Positions 1 through 8,220 of a stretch of DNA of 29,494 nucleotides are shown piece after piece. The translations under genes and the position numbers were made by a program. This DNA comes from Thermodesulfobacteriota bacterium. Lineage in GTDB: Bacteria > Desulfobacterota_D > UBA1144 > Nemesobacterales > N074bin48. Each line of letters opens with the position of its first letter. Positions within the stretch are counted from its first letter, which is position 1. The stretch is from NCBI GenBank assembly GCA_041572575.1, contig JBFFSH010000029.1, forward strand, positions 1-29,494, written 5' to 3'. Under the pieces are notes generated by a model. That model ran no database searches. It saw nothing but the letters and a program-made list of their open reading frames with translations, and had not been told where the DNA came from.

Positions 1-46
1 AAATTTAAATTTCAACACCAAAACTGTATTTTTAAAGTCTTAATAC

Positions 47-85
47 AAAAAAAGGTTCCTACCCAGCAAGCAGAAACCTTTTTTT
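47..85. terminator. Bidirectional intrinsic terminator-like hairpin
   Basis: AAAAAAAGGTTCCT-11 nt-AGAAACCTTTTTTT inverted repeat (one mismatch) with A7/T7 flanks, downstream of the minus-strand 142..354 ORF. Confidence 0.75.
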
Positions 86-141
86 AAACCCATAGTAAAG
101 GAGGGGTTAGAGATGGCTTAAATTACTTTATTATTAATTTA

Positions 142-354
142 TTATTGCTTTAAAAGCTTTTTATCTCCCACATACAGGTTTTTAACCCATTTTTCATAAA
201 GTCCATCGGGTATTGGAATCCAGATTGAATCCTTGTTTTCCTTATTTATCTTAAGTGCCTCTTCGTACGACATATCCTTTATCTCATCAATCATATATTT
301 GACACCCTCATCTGAAACCTGCCGAGAAAACATCCTCGCATATTTTCTCTTCAT
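142..354 (-). CDS. Small hypothetical protein (70 aa); may be the 3' part of a ~91-aa frameshifted gene starting at 416/413
   Basis: Protein-like composition, followed by a terminator; no family recognised. Confidence 0.55.
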   Translation of the reverse strand: MKRKYARMFSRQVSDEGVKYMIDEIKDMSYEEALKINKENKDSIWIPIPDGLYEKWVKNLYVGDKKLLKQ

Positions 355-416
355 ATCTTTTCACTTCCAATTTGCCAGTTAGAAGTGATAGGGAATGAAA
401 TATTATTTTTCATCAT
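351..416 (-). CDS. 21-aa upstream ORF MMKNNISFPITSNWQIGSEKI (leader peptide or 5' half of a frameshifted gene)
   Basis: Translated by hand; preceded by AGAGGGAGG SD-like sequence (417-425); its TGA overlaps the ATG of the 70-aa ORF (ATGA). Confidence 0.45.
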   Translation of the reverse strand: MMKNNISFPITSNWQIGSEKI

Positions 417-724
417 CCTCCCTCTATCCATCCTAACAATTCTTTATTTGTTAATAATTATAATATATTACAAATGATAATTCAAGTAGTTTCTTAGAGT
501 ATGTTAAAAAAAGTTACAAAATTAAGATTAATTCTTGGTTATATTAGTCTGAATTTGGTTATTTTTTCTATTTCAAGTAGATATATTTCGTGATTCAAGA
601 AGGATAAATACTAATTATTAAAGTAGGTTATGAAGAATTGCCGATTTATTTTTCCTAATAATTAAACTTTGTATTCTTTAGTGCACAGTTGCAAGACAAA
701 TAATCTTTTTGTTATAGGATTTCC

Positions 725-1492
725 TTAAATATTAAGGATTTTAAGCATAACCTCATGAAGAAGCCTGTTACTTCCAAGAAGCTCTACTGAATCCAGAGTG
801 AATTCAGTGCCTGAAAAGTTTGTAACTATTCCCCCGGCTTCCCTTAATATAAGCACTCCCGCTGCCGTATCCCAGGGGTTAAGACCCATCTCCCAAAACC
901 CATCGAACCGCCCGCATGCTACATAACACAGGTCAAGGGCTGCCGAACCGTCTCTTCTAACCGCCTGTGATTTATATATAAACTGTTCAAAATACTCAAG
1001 ATTTTTTTTCACCATCCAGTCATGTTCATATACAAATCCTGTTACAAGGTGGCTTAGTTCAAGGTCATCAACCTTAGAAACAGATATGGGATTATTGTTT
1101 AAATATGCCCCCTTACCCTTATGGGCGCTGAATAATTCTTTTTTTACAGGATTATATATCACACCTACTACAACCTCTCCATCTATCTGCAGAGCAATGG
1201 AGACAGAAAAAAACGGGTATGCATGTGCAAAATTAGTTGTGCCATCAAGCGGATCTATTATCCATATATTCTTAGCGCCTTTAACATTATCGCCGGATTC
1301 TTCTGCTAGAATTCCATGATCAGGATATTGAGACTTTATTGTGTTAATAATAAGCTTTTCGGCTGCGGTATCCGCTTCAGTAAGCACGCTCTTTGGAGAT
1401 TTAAGTTCATAGCTTGTAATCTTACCAAGATATTGCAGTAACAGTTCGCCGGCCTCAAGAGCTGACTTCTTTGCTAAATCAAGATAGTTCAT
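725..1492 (-). CDS. suhB: Inositol monophosphatase family protein
   Basis: Motifs LAEES, WIIDPLDGTTNF, GSAALDLCYVACGRFDGFWE, PWDTAAG. Confidence 0.92.
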   Translation of the reverse strand: MNYLDLAKKSALEAGELLLQYLGKITSYELKSPKSVLTEADTAAEKLIINTIKSQYPDHGILAEESGDNVKGAKNIWIIDPLDGTTNFAHAYPFFSVSIALQIDGEVVVGVIYNPVKKELFSAHKGKGAYLNNNPISVSKVDDLELSHLVTGFVYEHDWMVKKNLEYFEQFIYKSQAVRRDGSAALDLCYVACGRFDGFWEMGLNPWDTAAGVLILREAGGIVTNFSGTEFTLDSVELLGSNRLLHEVMLKILNI

Positions 1493-1500
1493 GTAGAGGG

Positions 1501-1938
1501 CTATTTTACCACATGAAGTGTTAAGACAGTATTAACTATTGTATCCAGCTCTTTTAGGTCAGACCTTTTGAAGTCACTTCCGGCGGTTTCCGGATCAGGG
1601 CCTTTTTTTACTATTTTTAGTATTGCTATTACACGTTCAGCAAATATTACAGGATAGACTATCATTTTTTGTACCGGCAGTACCTTACCGCCAATTAGCC
1701 AGGAAAAGAATATATGGCTCTTGTCTTTTTGAACATTGTTAGAGAGATAGGGCCTTCTTGAGATCATAACCCTGCCCGCAATGTTTTTGCCGTCTACAGG
1801 AATAACGTTTCCCTTAAACTGCAATGGGTAGGCAAACTCAAGCAGCTTTCCATCATCATCTGCGGTAAGGGCAAACATGCTGTCTTTTGGAAGCTGAAAT
1901 GCTTTTGATATTTTCCTGTCAAGCTCTATGTAATCGAT
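1501..1938 (-). CDS. Stand-alone GAF-like domain protein (start probably ATC at 1938; first ATG at 1878)
   Basis: GAF-like pattern (IAGRV..RRPYLSNNV..D, KMIVYPVI, VIAILKIV, DF..DL..L); frame is open upstream of 1878; SD AAAGGAG at 1948-1954. Confidence 0.6.
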   Translation of the reverse strand: MDYIELDRKISKAFQLPKDSMFALTADDDGKLLEFAYPLQFKGNVIPVDGKNIAGRVMISRRPYLSNNVQKDKSHIFFSWLIGGKVLPVQKMIVYPVIFAERVIAILKIVKKGPDPETAGSDFKRSDLKELDTIVNTVLTLHVVK

Positions 1939-1967
1939 CCCGGTTATCTCCTTTGTATAATTAATAA

Positions 1968-1996
1968 ATATTATAGATAAATTAAATTTGGGTCAA
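1968..1996 (-). promoter_or_regulatory. Sigma70-type promoter for the GAF gene and suhB
   Basis: TTGACC (1996-1991), 17-nt spacer, TAATAT (1973-1968), directly upstream of the SD. Confidence 0.55.
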
Positions 1997-2133
1997 TAAG
2001 ACTAATGAATAAAATAGCATAAAACCTGTAAATAATAATATCTCTTTATTTCAGGATTTAAAAATATAGACTTATTATACTATGAATTTTTATAACTTGA
2101 TGTATATAAATTGTTATTTAAGATATGAAAAAA

Positions 2134-2580
2134 ATGAAAATAGCAATTGGTAGTGATGAAAAAACAGCTCTTACAGACTTTGTTATACAAGAGCTTAACA
2201 ACAGGGGAATAGACACAGAGCTTTACGGGCCTCTTGCGGGTACTAAGGAGCAGTGGACAGATGTAGCAGAACTTGTAGCCCGGAGGGTATCAGGCAAAAA
2301 CTGTGATCAGGGTATACTGTTTTGCTGGACCGGCACAGGGGTTAGTATGGCTGCAAATAAGGTTGCAGGAATAAGGGCTGCTCTTTGTACAGATGCACAA
2401 ACCGCCGAGGGTGCCAGGAAATGGAATGATGCGAATATACTTGCCATGAGCCTACGGCTTATTACCCAGGCAGTAGCAAAAGAAATTCTAGATGCCTGGT
2501 TTAGCGCTGAGGTTGACAGCTCTGAACAGGAAAATATTGATAAGTTAGATATACTGGAACAAAAAAGTAAAAATATATAA
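2134..2580 (+). CDS. RpiB/LacA/LacB family sugar isomerase, non-canonical active site (alternative start 2125)
   Basis: MKIAIGSD start, GILFCWTGTGVSMAANKVAGIRAA, NDANIL. Confidence 0.88.
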   Translation: MKIAIGSDEKTALTDFVIQELNNRGIDTELYGPLAGTKEQWTDVAELVARRVSGKNCDQGILFCWTGTGVSMAANKVAGIRAALCTDAQTAEGARKWNDANILAMSLRLITQAVAKEILDAWFSAEVDSSEQENIDKLDILEQKSKNI

Positions 2581-2594
2581 ACGAGATAATAGAA

Positions 2595-3629
2595 ATGAGC
2601 GTAAAACAATATAATATAGCCATTGCCGGAGCAACTGGTGCAGTCGGAGTAGAGATGATAAGCATCTTAGAACAAAGGAACTTTCCAGTAAAAGAGCTTA
2701 CCCTGCTTGCATCCGAGAGATCAGTAGGAAAGTGCCTGCCGTACAAAGGTGAGCCCATAAAGGTTTCGGAGCTTACAGAAGACTCTTTTAAAAATATAGA
2801 TATCGCTCTTTTTTCTGCTGGGTCTTCCAGAAGCCTTGAGTTTGCTCCAATTGCCGCTGAGTCGGGAGCAGTTGTAATAGACAATAGCTCAGCATATAGA
2901 ATGGACGCTGATGTTCCGCTAATAATTCCAGAAATAAACCCTGAGGCTATTTCAGATTATAATAAAAAAAATATTATTGCTAACCCTAACTGCACTACGG
3001 CTGTAACCATAATGGGGCTAAAGCCCATATATGATATATCAAAAATCACAAGGGTAGTCGCCACGAGTTTTCAGGCAGTTTCGGGCGCCGGAGCGCAGGC
3101 AATCGAAGAACTAAAAGCCCAGACAAGTGCTATAGTAAACTCAAAAGAGATTAAGTCTGAGGTATTTCCTCACCAAATAGCCTACAATGTTATCCCTCAT
3201 ATAGACAGCTTTACAGAAAACGGCTACACCAAAGAAGAGATGAAGCTTCATAATGAAACCAGAAAAATACTCGGTGATGATCAAATTCAACTCTCGGCAA
3301 CCACGGTAAGGGTTCCGGTATTCAGGTCTCACTGCATCTCTGTTAATTTGGAGACTGAACATAAGGTTTCCATAGAGAGGGCTAAAGAAGCTTTTGCAAA
3401 TTTCCCCGGGCTTAGTGTTTTAGATAATCCGGAAAAGTCGGAATATCCGATGCCGATTACTACAAGCGGCATGGATGACTGTCTTATTGGCAGAATACGC
3501 GAAGACTTTAGCGTTAAAAATGGAATAAGTTTTTGGATCTCAGGTGACCAGCTTAGAAAAGGTGCGGCACTAAATGCAGTTCAAATTGCCGAGCTTCTCA
3601 TTAAACACATTGCCAAAAATAATGCCTAG
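2595..3629 (+). CDS. asd: Aspartate-semialdehyde dehydrogenase
   Basis: GATGAVG, DNSSAYRM, IIANPNCTT, QAVSGAG, VRVPVFRSH, DQLRKGAALNAVQIAE. Confidence 0.97.
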   Translation: MSVKQYNIAIAGATGAVGVEMISILEQRNFPVKELTLLASERSVGKCLPYKGEPIKVSELTEDSFKNIDIALFSAGSSRSLEFAPIAAESGAVVIDNSSAYRMDADVPLIIPEINPEAISDYNKKNIIANPNCTTAVTIMGLKPIYDISKITRVVATSFQAVSGAGAQAIEELKAQTSAIVNSKEIKSEVFPHQIAYNVIPHIDSFTENGYTKEEMKLHNETRKILGDDQIQLSATTVRVPVFRSHCISVNLETEHKVSIERAKEAFANFPGLSVLDNPEKSEYPMPITTSGMDDCLIGRIREDFSVKNGISFWISGDQLRKGAALNAVQIAELLIKHIAKNNA

Positions 3630-4170
3630 CATACTTGATAAAATATCAAACCTGCTTTCATCAGGACAGGGTTCTGACCCCACAGCCATCTCAGATAAGC
3701 TTAAAGACAGTATTGTATCACACACAAAAGAAGACGAGCAGCTTATACAATGCATAAAAAATCACAGGGCATTTCATAACTCTAAAAACTTCAATGAAAA
3801 GAACATGTTTTTTAACTCAAGGTGTATCCTTACGGACAGAAGGCTTCTTATAATCAGAAACCTTGAGTATTTTAAGCTCTTTAGAGAAATTAATTTACTG
3901 GAAATAAAGTCTCACAGAATAGAGCCCTCAGATGATGATCTAGTAATAACACTAAAAACAGGAAGAGCAGAAGACGTGATTGAATTTTCAAAGCACTCAC
4001 TTAGCTGGGCTAATGAATTTTCCAGGGTATTCGAACAGACACTGCTGTCTGCAAAAGAAAAATACCCTGTATCTCAAAACGGAGTACCTCAAAAGAAATG
4101 CAGCGGCTGTGGCAAGCTTGTAGATCAGGACTCCAAATTCTGCCCTCAGTGCGGAAATAAACTGGGCTAA
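3622..4170 (+). CDS. Hypothetical protein with a PH-like beta domain and C-terminal zinc ribbon
   Basis: CILTDRRLLII (bacterial PH-like) and CSGC...FCPQCG; start set at ATG 3622, overlapping the asd stop, rather than 3574. Confidence 0.7.
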   Translation: MPSILDKISNLLSSGQGSDPTAISDKLKDSIVSHTKEDEQLIQCIKNHRAFHNSKNFNEKNMFFNSRCILTDRRLLIIRNLEYFKLFREINLLEIKSHRIEPSDDDLVITLKTGRAEDVIEFSKHSLSWANEFSRVFEQTLLSAKEKYPVSQNGVPQKKCSGCGKLVDQDSKFCPQCGNKLG

Positions 4171-4181
4171 CATTTCTTGTC

Positions 4182-4209
4182 TTGATTTCACTTCCCACTA
4201 AAATATAAT
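4182..4209 (+). promoter_or_regulatory. Sigma70-type promoter for dapA
   Basis: TTGATT, 16-nt spacer, TATAAT; SD AAAGGA downstream. Confidence 0.5.
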
Positions 4210-4238
4210 GAAGCTTTATAAATTAAAGGAACTAAAAA

Positions 4239-5114
4239 ATGTTTGAAGGATCAATAGTTGCAATAGTTACACCATTTTCAAGAGGTAAAGTGGATGAGTC
4301 TGCTCTGCAGAAGCTCGTTGAGTTTCAGATTGAAAATGGTACACATGGGATAGTAGCATGCGGAACCACGGGTGAATCCCCCACTCTTTCTCATGAAGAA
4401 CATGAGCACGTAATCGAGCTTATAGTTAAGATGGTAAAGGGCAGAGTTCCTGTAATCGCGGGAACAGGATCGAACTCCACAGATGAAGCTATAAGGCTTA
4501 CCCGTTTTGCAAAGAAAGTTGGTGCCGATGGATCGCTGCTTGTTGTACCCTATTACAACAAACCCACTCAGGACGGGCTATACAGCCATTTTGCAGGTAT
4601 TGCAGATAAAGTCGATATCCCGATTATTCTTTATAACGTACCGGGAAGAACTGGGGTTAGCCTAAGCCCTCAGACAACTGCCAAACTGGCCAGCTCATGT
4701 AAAAACATTGTAGGAATAAAAGATGCAACGGGCTCAGTACAAACCGCATCCAAGACCCTTGCTCTTACAGGTCTGGAGTTTACGCTCCTATCGGGAGAAG
4801 ATGCAATAAATTTCCCAATTCTTTCAGTTGGCGGCAGAGGTTTTATAACAGTAACTGCCAACATTGCTCCAAAAGAGGTGGCAGATTTATATAATTATTA
4901 CAAAAAAGGAAAAATAGACAAAGCTAGAGATTTGCATTATAAGCTTCTTGAATTAAACGAAATTCTATTTATAGAGTCAAACCCTATTCCTGTTAAGACT
5001 GCTTTGCACCTCATGGGAATGGTTAAAAATGAATTCAGACTGCCTCTTTCCAAAATGGCAAAAGATAACCTTGCGGCTCTTAAAAAATCTCTAAAATCCT
5101 ATAAGCTTATCTAA
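4239..5114 (+). CDS. dapA: 4-hydroxy-tetrahydrodipicolinate synthase
   Basis: CGTTGESPTL, AGTGSNST, PYYNKP, LYNVPGRTG, GIKDATG, ESNPIPVK. Confidence 0.97.
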   Translation: MFEGSIVAIVTPFSRGKVDESALQKLVEFQIENGTHGIVACGTTGESPTLSHEEHEHVIELIVKMVKGRVPVIAGTGSNSTDEAIRLTRFAKKVGADGSLLVVPYYNKPTQDGLYSHFAGIADKVDIPIILYNVPGRTGVSLSPQTTAKLASSCKNIVGIKDATGSVQTASKTLALTGLEFTLLSGEDAINFPILSVGGRGFITVTANIAPKEVADLYNYYKKGKIDKARDLHYKLLELNEILFIESNPIPVKTALHLMGMVKNEFRLPLSKMAKDNLAALKKSLKSYKLI

Positions 5115-5119
5115 AAATA

Positions 5120-5716
5120 TTGAGATATCCTGATTCATCTTATGAAATTCCATACTGGAAGGATAATAAGCTTGTAGCCGGTATTGATGAAGCCGGCAGA
5201 GGCCCGCTTGCAGGCCCGGTTGTAGCGGCAGCCGTAATATTGCCAATACAGACGGATATACCGGGGATAAATGATTCAAAAAAACTATCTCAAAAAAAAA
5301 GAGAAAGTTTATTTGATATTATTAAAGAGAAATCCTTATCTTTTGCGATTGGTATAGTTGAACCGGATGAAATAGATAGAATAAACATTCTTAATGCTAC
5401 CCTAAAAGCCATGTATTTAGCTGTAAGTCAGCTAACCCCAATCCCAAATGCCCTGCTTATTGATGGAATTAACAAAATTAATATGAACCTTGATCAGAAT
5501 ACTATAACAAAAGGTGATTCAAAATGCCTTTCTATAGCATGTGCTTCAATTCTTGCTAAAGTAACCAGGGATAAAATAATGGAAGAATATGATAAAATAT
5601 ATTACGAATATAATTTTCGCAAGCACAAGGGCTACCCCACAAAAGAACATTTAGAGCTTATAAAACGGTATGGAGTATGTAAAATACATAGAAAAACATT
5701 TAGAGGAACATATTAG
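5120..5716 (+). CDS. rnhB: Ribonuclease HII (TTG start)
   Basis: GIDEAGRGPLAGPVVAA, DSKKL, KGD, ASILAKVTRD, HKGYPT. Confidence 0.96.
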   Translation: MRYPDSSYEIPYWKDNKLVAGIDEAGRGPLAGPVVAAAVILPIQTDIPGINDSKKLSQKKRESLFDIIKEKSLSFAIGIVEPDEIDRINILNATLKAMYLAVSQLTPIPNALLIDGINKINMNLDQNTITKGDSKCLSIACASILAKVTRDKIMEEYDKIYYEYNFRKHKGYPTKEHLELIKRYGVCKIHRKTFRGTY

Positions 5717-5856
5717 GTTTAGTACCTAAATTAATAGATTTTTTAAACAATTTAAAATTATGTATTCCAATTTTCTCAAAATGTTGTACAATAAAAAACA
5801 GTTTATTAGTGTGGGTTAATAAATAAATGTGGGTTTATTAAATAAGAGATAAAGAG

Positions 5857-6201
5857 ATGAAACAAGACACTGCAGAACTAAGACTGCCCGATAAGATATA
5901 TTTCAGGATTGGAGAAGTAAGTGATTTTACAGCAATAAAACCTTATGTTTTAAGATATTGGGAAAGCGAATTTCCCGAAATCCAGCCAATAAGAAGAAAG
6001 TCCCAGCGCCTTTATGACAGAAAAGCTATCTCTACAGTGCTTCGCATAAAGAATATGCTTTATGACCAAAACTATACAATAGCAGGCGCTAAGAAAAAGC
6101 TAAAAGAAGAATCGAATCAGAGAAAAGGCACATCCAAAGCCACCGATCTGCTTCATGAACTGTTAAATGACTTAAAAACAGTAAAAGATTCTCTCGACTA
6201 A
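5857..6201 (+). CDS. MerR-family HTH regulator of the type usually found in ihfA-merR-tRNA-Pro clusters
   Basis: YFRIGEVS...KPYVLRYWESEF...LYDQNYTIAGAKK; followed by tRNA-Pro. Confidence 0.88.
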   Translation: MKQDTAELRLPDKIYFRIGEVSDFTAIKPYVLRYWESEFPEIQPIRRKSQRLYDRKAISTVLRIKNMLYDQNYTIAGAKKKLKEESNQRKGTSKATDLLHELLNDLKTVKDSLD

Positions 6202-6272
6202 CTAATATTAATTAGTTATCTTATTCCCTGATTTTTCCCCAAAATACAGTATTGGTATATAGTTTTTCCGTT

Positions 6273-6348
6273 CGGGGTGTGGCGCAGTTGGTAGCGCACC
6301 GGTCTGGGGGACCGGGGGTCATCGGTTCAAATCCGGTCACCCCGACCA
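6273..6348 (+). tRNA. tRNA-Pro(GGG)
   Basis: Acceptor stem CGGGGTG/CACCCCG, D arm GCGC-AGTTGGTA-GCGC, anticodon arm CCGGT-CTGGGGG-ACCGG, T loop TTCAAAT, encoded CCA. Confidence 0.97.
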
Positions 6349-6378
6349 CATTTTTATAGCTTTATATAAAATAGGCTG

Positions 6379-7146
6379 ATGAAAAAGACAATTCTACTCT
6401 CAAATGATGATGGTATAAGCTCAGCCGGACTAAATGCACTTGCCGGAGCACTTGAGCCTCTGGGAAAAACATACATTGTTGCCCCAGACAGGGAGCAAAG
6501 CGCATCAAGCCATGCTCTTAGCATACACAGGCCGCTTAGAATTGATAAGGTTACAGAAAACTCATACAGCGTAGACGGTACACCTACTGACTGTGTAAAC
6601 CTTGCGATCAATGGTCTTCTGAAGGACAATAAGCCAGATCTTGTGGTCTCCGGTATCAATAAAGGTGAAAACCTTGGAGATGACGTTACTTATTCGGGCA
6701 CTGTGAGTGCAGCAATGGAAGGCACACTTCTGGGAATACCCTCCATAGCCTTATCTCTTCAAGGAAGAAACGATTTCGATTTTACAGCATCCTGTACGTA
6801 TTCGGCGCTTATTGCTGAATATGTACTTGAGTGTGGTCTTCCAAAAGACATCTTACTAAATGTAAATATACCAAACCTTGATACGGACAATATTAAAGGG
6901 ATCAAAATAACAAGACAGGGTAAGAGAGTGTATAGCGATGCTGTTGTAGAAAAAAAAGATCCGCGCGGAAGAGAGTATTACTGGATAGGCGGAGATGAAC
7001 TGGGCTCTGTAGATCTTGAAAACTCCGACATAGATGCCGTAAAGAACGGGTTTGTATCAATCACCCCTATTAAACTTGATCTAACCGACTATGAATATAT
7101 AAAATTTTTAGAAAAGGACCTGCTTAAAATAAAAAATCATGCTTAA
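6379..7146 (+). CDS. surE: 5'/3'-nucleotidase SurE
   Basis: ILLSNDDG, APDREQSA, GTPTDCV, SGINKGENLG, YSGTVSAA. Confidence 0.96.
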   Translation: MKKTILLSNDDGISSAGLNALAGALEPLGKTYIVAPDREQSASSHALSIHRPLRIDKVTENSYSVDGTPTDCVNLAINGLLKDNKPDLVVSGINKGENLGDDVTYSGTVSAAMEGTLLGIPSIALSLQGRNDFDFTASCTYSALIAEYVLECGLPKDILLNVNIPNLDTDNIKGIKITRQGKRVYSDAVVEKKDPRGREYYWIGGDELGSVDLENSDIDAVKNGFVSITPIKLDLTDYEYIKFLEKDLLKIKNHA

Positions 7147-7726
7147 AAGACTTTATGACTGGGTAATTCACTGGGCAGACACGAAATACGGTGTTCCAGC
7201 AATGGCATTTGTATCATTTATAGAATCCTCTTTCTTTCCAGTTCCTCCCGATCCTCTTCTTCTTGCGCTGAGTTTAGGAAAACCCAGAAAAGCCATAATC
7301 TATGCACTAATCTGTTCTGTGGCATCAATAGCAGGTGGAGTCTTAGGATACCTGATCGGATGGACTGTTTGGGAATCGGTAAGTGAGTTATTCTTCAAAT
7401 ATCTTTTTACTCAGCAAACATTTGATTATGTGGGTATAAAATATAGCGAAAATGCCTTTCTTGCTATATTAGGTGCAGCTTTTACCCCTATTCCGTATAA
7501 GGTATTTACCATATCGGCAGGTGTATTTAAAATTAATCTAGCAATATTCATTCTCGCATCTGCAATTGGAAGATCGGCGAGATTCTTGATTGAAGGCGTG
7601 CTTATATACCTGTATGGAGAAAGTATAAGAAACTTTATAGAAAAATATCTAAAATGGCTGTCTTTACTATTTTTCATATTGCTTGTAGCAGGGATATACG
7701 TTATTAAATTTGTCCTTCATAAATAA
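7139..7726 (+). CDS. YqaA/DedA (VTT) family membrane protein
   Basis: SFIESSFFPVPPD, FTPIPYKVFTI, GRSARF; usual position after surE. Confidence 0.88.
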   Translation: MLKRLYDWVIHWADTKYGVPAMAFVSFIESSFFPVPPDPLLLALSLGKPRKAIIYALICSVASIAGGVLGYLIGWTVWESVSELFFKYLFTQQTFDYVGIKYSENAFLAILGAAFTPIPYKVFTISAGVFKINLAIFILASAIGRSARFLIEGVLIYLYGESIRNFIEKYLKWLSLLFFILLVAGIYVIKFVLHK

Positions 7727-7731
7727 ATGTC

Positions 7732-8220
7732 ATGAAAGCAAGAATTGGGGTTATAGGTCCATCTCAGGCAAGTACCAGCGAATATAAAATCGCAGAGGAA
7801 GTAGGCAAAGAAATTGCCCTACGGGACGGAGTTGTTATATGTGGCGGTATGGGCGGGGTAATGGAGGCTGTATCAAAAGGTGCAAAAGATCAAAACGGGC
7901 TTGTAGTAGGTATACTACCCGGAGACAGCTCGAAAGCTGCAAACAAGTATGTTGATATCCCCATAGTTACGGGCTTTGGTCAGGGTAGAAACATAATAGT
8001 TGCAAGTTCATCTGAGGCAGTTATAGCAATTGGAGGAAGTTTTGGTACACTTTCTGAAATTTCATTTGCGTTAAGGCTTAAAATCCCTGTAATAGGAATA
8101 AACACCTGGAATGTATCAGAGCAGATTATTAAAGCAGAAAATCCTAAACAAGCTGTCGATAAAGCTTTTAATTCTATTTCTCATAGTAACACTACAGGCA
8201 TGCGGCACAAAAAAACCTGA
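7732..8220 (+). CDS. TIGR00725 / LOG-like (SLOG) Rossmann-fold protein
   Basis: CGGMGGVMEA, GILPG, GQGRNII, GGSFGTLSEI. Confidence 0.85.
   Translation: MKARIGVIGPSQASTSEYKIAEEVGKEIALRDGVVICGGMGGVMEAVSKGAKDQNGLVVGILPGDSSKAANKYVDIPIVTGFGQGRNIIVASSSEAVIAIGGSFGTLSEISFALRLKIPVIGINTWNVSEQIIKAENPKQAVDKAFNSISHSNTTGMRHKKT

Noticed and set aside
351..353. Selenocysteine or readthrough at the TGA of the 21-aa ORF
   Set aside because: In-frame continuation stops again after about 20 codons and no SECIS-like hairpin is evident
679..693. Possible sigma54 promoter or NtrC-like site (GTGCACAGTTGCA)
   Set aside because: Lacks the GG-N10-GC geometry; palindrome too short to support
3574..3621. Longer N-terminus for the zinc-ribbon protein
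   Set aside because: Overlaps the conserved asd C-terminus by 56 nt; ATG 3622 at the asd stop is more plausible
5713..5729. TTAGGT-N5-ACCTAA hairpin after rnhB as a terminator
   Set aside because: Weak AT-rich 6-bp stem with no adjacent U-tract
6273..6378. tRNA-Pro as an occupied integration site
   Set aside because: surE follows 30 bp later; no integrase or duplicated tRNA 3' end seen in the window
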